In this document: one piece after another, positions 28,682 through 38,836 of the stretch
How positions within the stretch are numbered: position 1 is the first letter of the stretch
How the letters are laid out: every line of letters starts with the position of its first letter
Assembly: GCA_964348515.1 (NCBI GenBank)
Contig: CAYGDA010000002.1
Coordinates: 12,752-76,751 of the forward strand
Direction of reading: 5' to 3'
DNA: 64,000 nt
Origin: an uncultured Candidatus Saccharibacteria bacterium
GTDB lineage: Bacteria; Patescibacteriota; Minisyncoccia; Phycocordibacterales; UBA5272
Notes under the pieces: generated by a model
What the model saw: only the letters and a program-made list of their open reading frames with translations
Told to the model about the DNA's origin: nothing
The model's database searches: none
Made by a program: the position numbers and the translations under genes

Positions 28682-30829
28682 ATGAGCAATTTAAAAGAAC
28701 CAACGAGTGCCTCTTTAACAGTCGCCAAACGGGATGGCCGTAATGTGCATTTTGATCCGGTTAAGATTACCAAAGCCATAGAGAGAGCCGCGGAATCAAC
28801 CGGGGAGTTCGGCATAACGGAAGCCAAAACTCTTACGGAGCAGATTACGCGTTACCTCGCTTCCGCGGAACTGGCCGGACATCAGGTGACTATCGAACAG
28901 ATTCAGGACATCGTTGAACGCACGCTCATGGGGGCCGGTTACTTTGTAACCGCCAAAGCATACATTCTTTACCGCGAAAAACGCCGCCAGTCACGCGAGG
29001 CGAAAAGCACTTTCATCGATGTTGAGAACACTATGAAAGAATATTTGGATAAATCCGACTGGCGGGTTAATGCGAATGCAAACCAGGGATATTCTTTGGG
29101 CGGACTCATACTAAATGCGTCCGGCAAGCTCATTGCCAATTTTTGGCTGAATAATATTTATAACGAACGCATTCGCGAAGCTCACCGGGAAGGAGATATG
29201 CATATCCACGACCTTGATATGTTTTCCGGTTACTGCGCGGGGTGGAGTCTGCGCCAGCTTCTTGAAGAAGGGTTCAACGGAGTATCAGGCAAAACGGAAT
29301 CCGCACCGCCGAAACATTTGGATGCGGCAATAGGGCAAATGGTTAATTTTCTCGGCACGCTTCAGAATGAATGGGCCGGTGCACAGGCATTTTCCTCGTT
29401 TGATACCTACCTTGCTCCGTTTGTAAAAAAGGATGATTTGCCTTACGCGGAAGTTAAGCAGTTGGTTCAGCAATTTGTATTTAATCTGAATGTGCCGTCA
29501 CGCTGGGGGACGCAGACACCGTTTACCAATATTACGCTTGATTGGATATGCCCTGAGGACATGAGAGAGAAAAAACCGTTTATAGGCAAGAAAATACTTG
29601 ATTTTGCCTACGGAGACTGCCAGAAGGAAATGGACATGATAAACAGGGCTTTTATTGAGGTTATGACGGAAGGGGATGTTAACGGCCGGATTTTTACTTT
29701 CCCTATTCCCACGTACAACATAACCAAGGATTTTGACTGGGAAAATGAAAACGCGGAACGCCTGTTTACCATGACGGCAAAATTCGGCATTCCGTATTTC
29801 CAGAACTTTATAAATTCCGATCTCAATCCGAGCGACGTGCGCAGTATGTGCTGTCGTCTTCAGTTGGATTTGCGTGAACTGCGGGTCCGCGGCGGCGGGT
29901 TGTTCGGCTCCGCTGAAATGACCGGCAGTATCGGAGTTGTGACTCTGAATCTTCCCCGCATAGGGTTTACTTCAAAAACCAAGAAAGAATTTTTTGAAAG
30001 ACTTGCCGAGCTTATGGACATTGCCAAGGAGTCTTTGGAACTGAAGAGAAAGGTTGTTAAAGAAAATATAGACAGAGGGTTGCTTCCTTACACTAAGCGC
30101 TATTTGCCGACACTCAACAACCATTTTGGAACCATAGGATTAAACGGAATGAACGAAGCAATTCTTAATTTCATGGGTAAAGACATTGCCGCTCCCGAAG
30201 GAAAAGAGTTTGCCATGGAGATATTGAGCTTTATGCGTGACCGCCTTGCCGACTATCAGGAGGAAACGGGCAACCTTTATAACCTGGAAGCAACGCCGGC
30301 AGAAGGGACAACTTACCGTTTTGCCAAAGAAGACAAAAAACGTTTTCCGAACATTATTCAGAGAGGTACGGCGCAGGCTCCTTATTACACAAACTCCAGC
30401 CACTTACCGGTTGATTATACTGATGATCCTCTGTTCGCCCTTGATCATCAGGATGAGCTTCAGAAAAGTTACACGGGGGGTACGGTGCTGCATCTTTTTC
30501 TTGGAGAAAAAGTAAACGATTGGAAAATGTGCCGTTCGTTTGTCAAAAAAGTGGCATCAAGATATCACCTGCCGTATTTTACTATTACTCCGACATTCAG
30601 TATTTGTCCTTCGCACGGCTATATAAGCGGGGAGCAGCCCACTTGTCCGACGTGTTCCGAGACAACAGAAGTGTGGTCACGCATAGTGGGTTATTTTCGT
30701 CCTGTCGGCGAATGGAACAAAGGCAAGAAAAGCGAATATGCGGACCGCACTGAATTTGTGGTTCCAAATCACTCAGTGTCAGAACGTGTCATTCCGGCGC
30801 CCGGGGTGAAAAAAGAGGCCTCATGCTGA
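28682..30829 (+). CDS. nrdD: Anaerobic ribonucleoside-triphosphate reductase NrdD
   Basis: N-terminal ATP-cone (VAKRDGRNVHFDPVKITKAIE), C4 zinc site (CPSHGY...CPTC) and a C-terminal glycyl-radical motif RIVGYFRPV. Start chosen at MSNLKEP, 60 nt inside the track ORF. Confidence 0.85.
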   Translation: MSNLKEPTSASLTVAKRDGRNVHFDPVKITKAIERAAESTGEFGITEAKTLTEQITRYLASAELAGHQVTIEQIQDIVERTLMGAGYFVTAKAYILYREKRRQSREAKSTFIDVENTMKEYLDKSDWRVNANANQGYSLGGLILNASGKLIANFWLNNIYNERIREAHREGDMHIHDLDMFSGYCAGWSLRQLLEEGFNGVSGKTESAPPKHLDAAIGQMVNFLGTLQNEWAGAQAFSSFDTYLAPFVKKDDLPYAEVKQLVQQFVFNLNVPSRWGTQTPFTNITLDWICPEDMREKKPFIGKKILDFAYGDCQKEMDMINRAFIEVMTEGDVNGRIFTFPIPTYNITKDFDWENENAERLFTMTAKFGIPYFQNFINSDLNPSDVRSMCCRLQLDLRELRVRGGGLFGSAEMTGSIGVVTLNLPRIGFTSKTKKEFFERLAELMDIAKESLELKRKVVKENIDRGLLPYTKRYLPTLNNHFGTIGLNGMNEAILNFMGKDIAAPEGKEFAMEILSFMRDRLADYQEETGNLYNLEATPAEGTTYRFAKEDKKRFPNIIQRGTAQAPYYTNSSHLPVDYTDDPLFALDHQDELQKSYTGGTVLHLFLGEKVNDWKMCRSFVKKVASRYHLPYFTITPTFSICPSHGYISGEQPTCPTCSETTEVWSRIVGYFRPVGEWNKGKKSEYADRTEFVVPNHSVSERVIPAPGVKKEASC

Positions 30830-31518
30830 TAGGAGGACTTCAAAAACTGTCTCTTATAGATTACCCCGACAAGGTGGCGGCGGTTGTTTTTACCAAAGGG
30901 TGTTTATTCCGTTGCCCTTTTTGCCATAACCCTGATTTGGTTCTGCACGAACGCGAAGTACCGGATTTGTTTGAAGAGACCAAGGAATACTTAAAAAAAC
31001 ATCATGAGTTTCTGGACGGAGTGTGCGTTACCGGCGGAGAACCTACCATACACAAAGATTTGCCTGAGTTTATAGATTTTGTGAAGGGGCTCGGTCTTTC
31101 TGTAAAATTGGATACAAACGGGGTGACGCCGAAAATGGTGGAAAAATTTTTGAAAGAAAAAAGCATAGATTATGTTGCGATGGACATAAAACACACCTGG
31201 GACAAGTATGATTCAATCGCCAATCTTGCCCCGGATAAAAAAGATTTTGTGGCCAGGTGCAAAGAAACATTCAGGATGGTGCAGGATTCAGGGATTGCTC
31301 ATGAGTGGCGCACTACGGTACTGCCGGGATATCACACAGACGATGATTTTTTGGAAATGGCTTCGCAAATGAAACCCGGGGAAAGTTATTATATTCAGGA
31401 TATAAGTTACGCGGTGACACTCAATCAGGGATTGGACAACACCAAACCGTCCGACGCCAAAGGAATAGCTTCCAAATTGAGAGTTAAATACCCGGGATTG
31501 TTTGTCGGTACGCGCTAG
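30823..31518 (+). CDS. nrdG: Anaerobic ribonucleotide reductase activating protein (radical SAM)
   Basis: CLFRCPFCHN (Cx3Cx2C) and GVCVTGGEPT. Overlaps the nrdD stop. Confidence 0.85.
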   Translation: MLIGGLQKLSLIDYPDKVAAVVFTKGCLFRCPFCHNPDLVLHEREVPDLFEETKEYLKKHHEFLDGVCVTGGEPTIHKDLPEFIDFVKGLGLSVKLDTNGVTPKMVEKFLKEKSIDYVAMDIKHTWDKYDSIANLAPDKKDFVARCKETFRMVQDSGIAHEWRTTVLPGYHTDDDFLEMASQMKPGESYYIQDISYAVTLNQGLDNTKPSDAKGIASKLRVKYPGLFVGTR

Positions 31519-32240
31519 ATTATAAGGTTTTGGATTACCAAAAACATCACTATGACGCCTGAGATGGTGGCCAGTATTGTTCTCCACGAAGAATGCGAGC
31601 TGTGCGCTTCCGGTAAAATATCCGCCGCGCTTATATAAATCAGAAAACCGGAGAAGAAACCCAGGTATAAAAGAAGCGCTTTGTCGGAAAGGGAAAAGAG
31701 AAGGGTGGAAGCGGCTCCGGCAATCGGGGCGAAAGCAGCAGCAACCAAAAAGAAAAGTGAACGCAGCGGAGAGTTTTTGTGGGAAAGCATCAGGGAGACG
31801 GTATTGAGTCCGTCAGAAAAGTCATGGGCGATTACCGCAACAGCAATTGAAATTCCCACCGTCGGGGAAATTTGGAAACCCAGACCGATTCCCACGCCGT
31901 CCAGAAATGAGTGGGCTATTAAAGCAAGGGCTGATGCCATGCCGACGGTCGGGTGATGATGTTCGCCGTACTCTTCTTCGTGCGAATGGTGTATGAGAAG
32001 CGCTTTTTCCAGGATATGGAAAAGCAGAAAACCGACAACGAGCGCTCCCATAGGCCAACTTGCGGGGAGGTCCGTCTTGCCGAGCAAATCAAAAATCTCC
32101 GGAAGTATGTCGAAAGAAATCAGAGACAGGATGACTCCCGCCGTAAACCCGAGGAGGAGATGCAGCTTGTCTTTAAACCTGAGTGCAAACAGTCCCCCCA
32201 GAAGGGTGGAGAAAAATGCGATAATGGGGTAGATAATCAT
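31515..32240 (-). CDS. zupT: ZIP family metal (zinc) transporter
   Basis: His-rich loop HSHEEEYGEHHH and metal-binding helices HSFLDGVGIG / IAHDFSDGL. Confidence 0.75.
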   Translation of the reverse strand: MIIYPIIAFFSTLLGGLFALRFKDKLHLLLGFTAGVILSLISFDILPEIFDLLGKTDLPASWPMGALVVGFLLFHILEKALLIHHSHEEEYGEHHHPTVGMASALALIAHSFLDGVGIGLGFQISPTVGISIAVAVIAHDFSDGLNTVSLMLSHKNSPLRSLFFLVAAAFAPIAGAASTLLFSLSDKALLLYLGFFSGFLIYISAADILPEAHSSHSSWRTILATISGVIVMFLVIQNLII

Positions 32241-32299
32241 TTGTGGATACTATAGCGCGCAAACACGGCGGAGCAAAACAGGTACGGACACGGTGTTTT

Positions 32300-33370
32300 T
32301 TAAAGAGAAAGGAGATGCAGCGTTGTGACGGCTTGAGAGAATACAAGAAATCCGATTAAAGCCGCGTTTATCCGGCGGGTGGTTGGCCATTTTAGCGGGG
32401 ACTCCGTTTTTTCTGAATAAGAAAGAAAAAACAGGGGGAGTAAAGATTCCCATACAAAAAATAGCGGATAAAAATACCATGCCGGATGATATCTGGAGAG
32501 CATCAATATTCCGGTAATTACGAGCGTTGTGGCGGAAAGCCAGATAAAAAAATTTTTCGGCACTGGGAAAAACCTCGGCCAAAAAATCAGAAGCGTTGTC
32601 CCCAAAAACACTGAAAGCATTGCAAGCGGGGACATGGCCAGAATCCGGGTGAATGGTTCCGTTGTTATCAGGTTATGGAAATACAAATCATTTAATTTTT
32701 CGTAGGCGCCAATCATATAGTTTAAGGGAGTGCCCATCGGCAGGTTTATCAGTGAAAAAATAACTGCGGATGTGCCTGCAGTTATTAGTATTTTTTTTCC
32801 GAAGCAGAACCATAAAAACAAAAGTCCGCTTCCTAAAAATATGGCTGTTATGTCAAAGCGGGTGGAGAGAGCCACTCCGCCGGCTATCCCGAGAATCAAA
32901 AAGTGGCGAATCCCCGCCGCATCTTTGCGTTCCAATATGAGGAGAATCAGGAACGCCAAAAGGACAGTTAAAACTGAAACAAGGGAGGAAGGGAGGGTGG
33001 CGCTTTCGTAGAGCCGACTAAAAATAATAAGTCCGACAGAGCCGACCCACCACAGACTTTGCGGGCGCAGCATGTGTGCGGCTATACCGATAAATGTCAC
33101 CGCTATTGAAATAAGGATGGCTAAAGAAAGACGAAGCGCGAGCGCAGTATCTATGCCGCTTTTCATCAGGAGACTTGCCGGGAGGAGAAATGATGTGCCG
33201 GGGTATCCGTATGTTATGTAATCCCGCGGTATGGTTTCTCCCGCGGCGACTTTTTCAGCCAGCGGAATCCACAGTTCCTCGTCTATAAATTCAAAATTGA
33301 GCCACAGAAAAACCTGAATTAGGAGGCTGGCGCAGAATACAAACAGGAATACCCGCGTCTTATTCTGCAT
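32300..33370 (-). CDS. Polytopic membrane protein, GT-C (ArnT/PMT-like) glycosyltransferase fold candidate
   Basis: About 10 TM helices. An early loop carries acidic and aromatic residues (FEFIDEELW...YITYGYPG). Confidence 0.35.
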   Translation of the reverse strand: MQNKTRVFLFVFCASLLIQVFLWLNFEFIDEELWIPLAEKVAAGETIPRDYITYGYPGTSFLLPASLLMKSGIDTALALRLSLAILISIAVTFIGIAAHMLRPQSLWWVGSVGLIIFSRLYESATLPSSLVSVLTVLLAFLILLILERKDAAGIRHFLILGIAGGVALSTRFDITAIFLGSGLLFLWFCFGKKILITAGTSAVIFSLINLPMGTPLNYMIGAYEKLNDLYFHNLITTEPFTRILAMSPLAMLSVFLGTTLLIFWPRFFPVPKNFFIWLSATTLVITGILMLSRYHPAWYFYPLFFVWESLLPLFFLSYSEKTESPLKWPTTRRINAALIGFLVFSQAVTTLHLLSL

Positions 33371-33371
33371 G

Positions 33372-33686
33372 TCACTCCGGTTGAGTTTCTTTGGACTTGT
33401 CTAATCTGTCCAACCCCAGTTTTTTTACTCCAAAATAAACTACAGCGGCAATAACGCAGAAATTAATCAGGACGCTGATGAAATTACCGTATTTTATTTC
33501 CGCTCCGGCTACGCTTATTACGGCGGTAGTAAGTCCATGAGTTTTATTAAGAAGGATACCTATAATGGGGTTTATCAAGTCATTGACTACAGACTGCACT
33601 ACCGTGGAAACGGCGCCGCCAAGTATAAAACCGACAGCAAGACCCACAACACCCTGTGTGCGCACAAAATTTAAAAAGTCTTTCAT
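33372..33686 (-). CDS. mscL: Large-conductance mechanosensitive channel MscL
   Basis: MKDFLNFVRTQGVVGLAVGFILGGA...DLINPIIG matches the MscL TM1 signature. Confidence 0.85.
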   Translation of the reverse strand: MKDFLNFVRTQGVVGLAVGFILGGAVSTVVQSVVNDLINPIIGILLNKTHGLTTAVISVAGAEIKYGNFISVLINFCVIAAVVYFGVKKLGLDRLDKSKETQPE

Positions 33687-33745
33687 GGGAATATTTTATC
33701 ATGGAAAAGCCAAGCTTTTCATGCTATAGTTTCGCCACAAATTAT

Positions 33746-33835
33746 GGAGACGTGGCTGAGTGGTCGAAGGCACCTCACTGCTAACGAGGCAAGGGGTAAA
33801 ACCCTTCATGAGTTCGAATCTCATCGTCTCCGCCA
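33746..33835 (+). tRNA. tRNA-Ser(GCU)
   Basis: Type-II tRNA with a long variable arm. Anticodon loop CTGCTAA. CCA is encoded. Confidence 0.8.
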
Positions 33836-33880
33836 AAATTCGGATAGGTTTTTTACGCCCGTTTCCTGTAAAATGGAAAC

Positions 33881-34522
33881 ATGTTTAATTTGCGTCTAGC
33901 AAAGAAACTCGGTCTTAACGAAAAAGAAACGGCCATTTTCAAAAAACTTTCCACGCCGGTTAAAGTTCAGGATTTTTTAAATACTCTGGGAACCCGTGTT
34001 GTAAAAGTCGGAAGCAAAACGGAATACTTGTCCCCGCGCGAAGTTTTAAAAATAAAAAAGGCACATTGCATTGAAGGTGCGTTTTTGGCTGCAACCGCTT
34101 TTTGGCTTCACGGCAGGGAGCCCGTACTTATGGACTTAAAAGCAAAGCTTCCTGATTATGACCACGTGGTGGCGCTTTTTAAAGAGGGGAGATATTGGGG
34201 AGCGGCAAGCAAGACCAACCATTATTGTCTGCGTTACCGCGACCCTATATATTTTTCACAAAGAGAATTGGCGGTTACGTATTTCCACGAATATTTTTAC
34301 GATACGGTTAAGAGAAAAACTTTGGTAAGTTTTTCCAAACCGTTCTCCCTCAAAAAATTTGGAACCGGTTGGATAAAAGACGAAGGCAACCTTTCTTTTA
34401 TTGCTGAAAAGCTTGATAAGTCGGCTCACGTGCCGATTTTGCCAAAGGGATTCAGGCCCCGCCACGTGGATCAAATAGAGATTGAAGCCTACAAACTCAC
34501 GGAACACCGGGTCGGCTCTTAG
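33881..34522 (+). CDS. Hypothetical protein (possible transglutaminase-like Cys-His-Asp fold)
   Basis: KKAHCIEGAFLAATAFWLHG...DYDHVVAL. Annotation is tentative. Confidence 0.35.
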   Translation: MFNLRLAKKLGLNEKETAIFKKLSTPVKVQDFLNTLGTRVVKVGSKTEYLSPREVLKIKKAHCIEGAFLAATAFWLHGREPVLMDLKAKLPDYDHVVALFKEGRYWGAASKTNHYCLRYRDPIYFSQRELAVTYFHEYFYDTVKRKTLVSFSKPFSLKKFGTGWIKDEGNLSFIAEKLDKSAHVPILPKGFRPRHVDQIEIEAYKLTEHRVGS

Positions 34523-34604
34523 ATATTTGTGGAGATGTTCCTTGTGAGTCATCTGATACCGTTCTATACTTATAAGGATAAACAAATAACTTAATCAGCA
34601 ATTT

Positions 34605-35618
34605 ATGCAAAAATTTTTTTTGATTCTTTTGGTGCTTGTGGTTATAGGTGCCGGGGTTTGGTACTACCAGGGGGGTAACATTCTGAAAGCCGTTAAAACC
34701 ACCTCCATGCAGGAGGCCATGAACACTTATGCCGGCAAAAAGGTGCTCTTTGTTGACTCGTATCACGCCGGTTATGAGTGGAGCGACGGGGTTACCCGCG
34801 GTGTACAGAAAACCCTGGAGGGGACCGGAGTAGAGCTGAAAGTCGTGCGCATGGACACAAAGAGAAACCCTTCCGCTGAATTTCTGACACAGTCGGCCGC
34901 CAACACAAGGGCGGAGATAGACGCCTTCAAGCCGGATGTTCTTATAACTTCGGATGACAATGCTTTCAAGGCTGTTGTTATGCCTTTTTATAAAGACGCG
35001 GCATTGCCCGTGGTTTTCTGCGGTCTTAACTGGGACGCTTCCGTTTACGGCGCCCCGTACAGAAATACGACAGGAATGGTTGAAGTGAGCCTGACAAACC
35101 AGATAATCGACCAGCTGAGTGTTTTTGCCAAAGGAGCACGCATAGGATATCTGTCAGCCGACACTGAAACTGAACACAAAAATCTTGATGCTTACGGAAA
35201 GTTTTTGAACATAACCTTTACCAAGGCCTATTTCCCGAAAGATTTTGCGGAGTGGAAGACTGATTTCAAGAAAATGCAGAATGAGGTTGATATGATTATC
35301 TTTGAGAATAACGCCGGGATAAAAGACTGGAACGATAATGAAGCGGAAGCTTTTGCCTATTCGGAAACCAAAGTTCCTGTTGGGACAACAAATCCCTGGA
35401 TTATGAAGACCGCTCTTCTTGGTATAACCAAAATACCGGAAGAGCAGGGGGAATGGTCAGCCCAGTCGGCCCTGCAGATTTTGGGTGGTGAAAAGCCGTC
35501 TGACATTCCTGTCGTCAAAAATAAACTCGGTACGCTTAGCGTTAATTTGAAAATTGCCGATAAGCTCCATGCCTCGTTTGCCCCTTCAGTTCTGAAAAAC
35601 GCCCAAGTAATACAATAA
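34605..35618 (+). CDS. Periplasmic substrate-binding-like sensor protein (COG2984-type ABC SBP fold)
   Basis: Signal anchor followed by a periplasmic binding-protein fold. Sits immediately upstream of a histidine kinase. Confidence 0.5.
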   Translation: MQKFFLILLVLVVIGAGVWYYQGGNILKAVKTTSMQEAMNTYAGKKVLFVDSYHAGYEWSDGVTRGVQKTLEGTGVELKVVRMDTKRNPSAEFLTQSAANTRAEIDAFKPDVLITSDDNAFKAVVMPFYKDAALPVVFCGLNWDASVYGAPYRNTTGMVEVSLTNQIIDQLSVFAKGARIGYLSADTETEHKNLDAYGKFLNITFTKAYFPKDFAEWKTDFKKMQNEVDMIIFENNAGIKDWNDNEAEAFAYSETKVPVGTTNPWIMKTALLGITKIPEEQGEWSAQSALQILGGEKPSDIPVVKNKLGTLSVNLKIADKLHASFAPSVLKNAQVIQ

Positions 35619-35636
35619 ACATCCAATAAGTTCTTA

Positions 35637-37268
35637 ATGAATAAGTTTTTTTCCAATCTCTCAATATTCAAGAAGATAAGTCTGGCTTTCTTTATTCTTA
35701 TCAGCTTTTCTTTCGTGTTGGCCGGTATTGGTATTTTCCAGCTGTTTCAGATTAGGGCCATAACCAACGGCCTGAATCACGAGATTATGGAAAATGATCA
35801 TTTCCAGGAGATCGTGCTGACTTTGCAGACCATTGAAGGAGATGTGGAAAGTTATGCCACCGTCGGCGGTGAAGACAATAAAAATACCTTTTACAAAAAT
35901 CTTGATTATGTAATAAGGCATTCTGATGAGCTTGGGATTGTCACGGATGAAAAAACCGCCGACACGCTGGCGCAGTCGCGGGTGGGACTTTCAGAATTAC
36001 GCCGCAGATTTGACGCCCTTGTTCTGGCGGCCGAGGGGGATACGGGAGGTTTTTCCGGGGGAGGAAGGAATCTGAATAAGGAGATAGCTTTTGTTTATGA
36101 GGAAATCCACGGATTAAGAGCCGCTTACACGGAGGCAAGGAATGTCGCCAATGAAGTTTTTCAGCAGCGTATCGGGGAAAGCACTGCACGCATAAATCTT
36201 GCCATAGAACAGTTTATTGTTTTTGAAACAATACTTCTTGTGTTTGCTCTTGCTTTGGGGTTCTCGCTTTCCAGAACTTTGACTCGTCCGATTATTGATC
36301 TGAGGGATGTGGCGGCAAAAATTTCCGCCGGTGATTATTCCGCGCGATCTTTAGCCACCGGTAATGATGAAATAGGAGACCTAAGCCGGGTGTTTAACGC
36401 GATGGCCGAGCATTTGCTCCGTTATACCAATGAACTTGAGGGGGAAGTGGTTAAGCGGACGGAAGAACTGAAGCAGAATGTCGTGCAGTTGAACATAAAA
36501 AATGAAATGCTCCTTGCCCGTGAGGAAGAGCTTACTCAGGTGAATGACCGTTTGCGAGAACTGGACAAGGCAAAATCGGAGTTCATTTCCGTTGCCGCGC
36601 ATCAGCTGCGTACGCCGCTCTCCGCGGTCAAATGGATAATGAGCATACTGATTGACGAAAGTTCAGAAAATTTAACCTCGGAACAGAGGAGTCTCCTCAT
36701 GAAAGGAAATGAAAGCAATGAACGTATGATAAATCTTGTGAACGAAATGCTTGTGGTAACCCGCATTGAGTCAGGGAAAATACAATTTGCCCCGACCTTC
36801 CTCCACGTTGAAGACCTTATTGAAAACCTTATGCTTGATTTTTCGGGGCAGACTTACGTGCGTAAGATAGTTATAACTCTTGATAAGCCGCCCGTAAAGC
36901 TCCCTTATGTATATGCCGACCCGGACAAACTGCGCTCAGTTATTCAGAACATAATGGAAAATGCCGTTAAATATACTCCGGACGGCGGAGCGATAAAAGT
37001 TACCGTAGTACGGGACGGAGATGTGGCCAGGATTTCTTTTGCGGATAACGGAATAGGTATTCCCGAGAAGCAAAAAACGGCGATATTCAACAAATTCTTC
37101 CGCGCTGATAATGCCATTAAGCGCCAGACTGACGGTTCGGGTCTGGGCCTGTTTATAGCAAAAAATATGCTTGAGAAACAGGGCGGACGCATATGGTTTG
37201 AAAGCGAGGAAGGTAAGGGTACTGTCTTTACGATGGAACTTCCGCTCTCCAAGGATATACAAGCATAG
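35637..37268 (+). CDS. Sensor histidine kinase (2 TM, HAMP, HisKA, HATPase_c)
   Basis: H-box VAAHQLRTPLSAV, N-box NAVKYT, G-boxes DNGIGIP and GSGLGL. Confidence 0.85.
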   Translation: MNKFFSNLSIFKKISLAFFILISFSFVLAGIGIFQLFQIRAITNGLNHEIMENDHFQEIVLTLQTIEGDVESYATVGGEDNKNTFYKNLDYVIRHSDELGIVTDEKTADTLAQSRVGLSELRRRFDALVLAAEGDTGGFSGGGRNLNKEIAFVYEEIHGLRAAYTEARNVANEVFQQRIGESTARINLAIEQFIVFETILLVFALALGFSLSRTLTRPIIDLRDVAAKISAGDYSARSLATGNDEIGDLSRVFNAMAEHLLRYTNELEGEVVKRTEELKQNVVQLNIKNEMLLAREEELTQVNDRLRELDKAKSEFISVAAHQLRTPLSAVKWIMSILIDESSENLTSEQRSLLMKGNESNERMINLVNEMLVVTRIESGKIQFAPTFLHVEDLIENLMLDFSGQTYVRKIVITLDKPPVKLPYVYADPDKLRSVIQNIMENAVKYTPDGGAIKVTVVRDGDVARISFADNGIGIPEKQKTAIFNKFFRADNAIKRQTDGSGLGLFIAKNMLEKQGGRIWFESEEGKGTVFTMELPLSKDIQA

Positions 37269-37326
37269 ACGCGGGTCTTTAACTTTACTATAATTTAATG
37301 CAAGCGAATTTAGCATCGCGAAACTT

Positions 37327-38133
37327 ATGAACAACGGCAAGAAAATTCTCATCATTGAAGATGAGCAGATTTTGGGGGACATTCTTTTAAACAAGCTCTA
37401 TGGCGACGGGTTTAACGCCCAGTGGGAGCTTGACGGTGAGGCCGGACTTTCGCGTATGCGTGAATTCAAACCGGATTTGGTTCTTCTGGATATATTGATG
37501 CCAAAGAAAGACGGATATGAAGTTTTGCAGACAATGCGGGACGATCCGGAGCTTTCATCGATTCCGGTGGTTGTGATTTCAAATTCCGGGCAGCCCGTGG
37601 AGATAGAGCGTATTTTGGAACTCGGTGCGCGCGATTACATAATTAAGGCCCAGTTCAGTCCGGAGGAAGTTTTGGAAAAAGTCCGTAAGTATCTTGATAA
37701 GGATAGCGGCCCTAAAGAAGGAAACCAGGAATCATCGCAGAAGGACAAATCACATATAAAAATTATTGTGGTGGAGGACGATTCTTTTCTATCCGGACTT
37801 TCCGTAAGCAGATTGCAAAAAGAGGGCTACACGGTTTTGTCCGCGGTTGATGGCGAACAGGCCCTTAAGATGGTTGAGGAGAATAAACCGGACCTTATGC
37901 TCCTGGATATAATAATGCCCGGCATAAACGGTTTTGAAGTTCTGCGTTCTTTGAGGGCTAATCCTGAATACAAGGACATGGCTATAATTATTTTTTCTAA
38001 TCTTGGTCAGGACCATGAAATAGAGGAAGGAAAGAAACTCGGGGCGGATGATTTTCTTATCAAAGCCAAGTTCACTCTGAAGGAGGTCGTTGAGAAGATA
38101 AGCACACTCTTAAAGAGAAAGGGAAAAATTTAG
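37327..38133 (+). CDS. Tandem receiver (REC-REC) response regulator without output domain
   Basis: Two CheY-like domains (LLDILMP and LLDIIMP with conserved Asp/Lys) separated by a linker. Confidence 0.8.
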   Translation: MNNGKKILIIEDEQILGDILLNKLYGDGFNAQWELDGEAGLSRMREFKPDLVLLDILMPKKDGYEVLQTMRDDPELSSIPVVVISNSGQPVEIERILELGARDYIIKAQFSPEEVLEKVRKYLDKDSGPKEGNQESSQKDKSHIKIIVVEDDSFLSGLSVSRLQKEGYTVLSAVDGEQALKMVEENKPDLMLLDIIMPGINGFEVLRSLRANPEYKDMAIIIFSNLGQDHEIEEGKKLGADDFLIKAKFTLKEVVEKISTLLKRKGKI

Positions 38134-38804
38134 TCCGCGTGAGAAATGGTTATTGCGTATACGGAAGCCGCGTTTTGTTTTTCCAGCGCCCGACGCGCCT
38201 CTCTTAAGGTTTCTCCGGTTGTGACTATGTCGTCCACTATGAATACGCATGCTCCCGACAGGTTAATTTCTGAGGCTTCAAAGCTGCCGGCTATATTTAA
38301 TCCGCGGACTTTTTTTGAAGGTGTCTTTGCCTGAGTTTTGGTTTCTTTTGTTTTTGTTATTAGTTTAACCGCTTGTGAATCCGGGAAGAACTTTTGCCAG
38401 GATTCACTCAGGAATCCCGCGTGGTCGAAACCGCGTTTGCGGATTCTTTTTTCCGTCGCCGGAATCGGGATAAATAATATTCTTTTGGAGCCTTCAAAAA
38501 GTAATATTTCTTCCAAATATTCCATCATTGCTTCGCGGGCTTTTCCCAGAAGGAAGCTCCCTATGTCTTTGCGTCCTCGGTATTTAAAATTCCACAAGAG
38601 AGTACGCACACCGGGGTTTTTATACGGCAGGGCGCTTATTATCCATTTGTCGCGTATGTGTAGTTCCGCCGGCAGCAGATTTTTGCATTTTTGACAGATA
38701 AAACTTCCGGTTTTCGCGCAAAGAGCGCACTTGTCCGGGAATACTGCTCCGGCAATATAGTTCACCCATTTGCCTATGATTTCAGGAAAAAGATGAATAT
38801 TCAT
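38130..38804 (-). CDS. comFC: ComF family protein (ComFC, phosphoribosyltransferase domain)
   Basis: N-terminal C4 zinc finger (CALC...CQKC) and a PRTase motif VFIVDDIVTTGETL. Confidence 0.8.
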   Translation of the reverse strand: MNIHLFPEIIGKWVNYIAGAVFPDKCALCAKTGSFICQKCKNLLPAELHIRDKWIISALPYKNPGVRTLLWNFKYRGRKDIGSFLLGKAREAMMEYLEEILLFEGSKRILFIPIPATEKRIRKRGFDHAGFLSESWQKFFPDSQAVKLITKTKETKTQAKTPSKKVRGLNIAGSFEASEINLSGACVFIVDDIVTTGETLREARRALEKQNAASVYAITISHAD

Positions 38805-38836
38805 ATGGTATAATCATAAAGTATATACCTTTTCCT

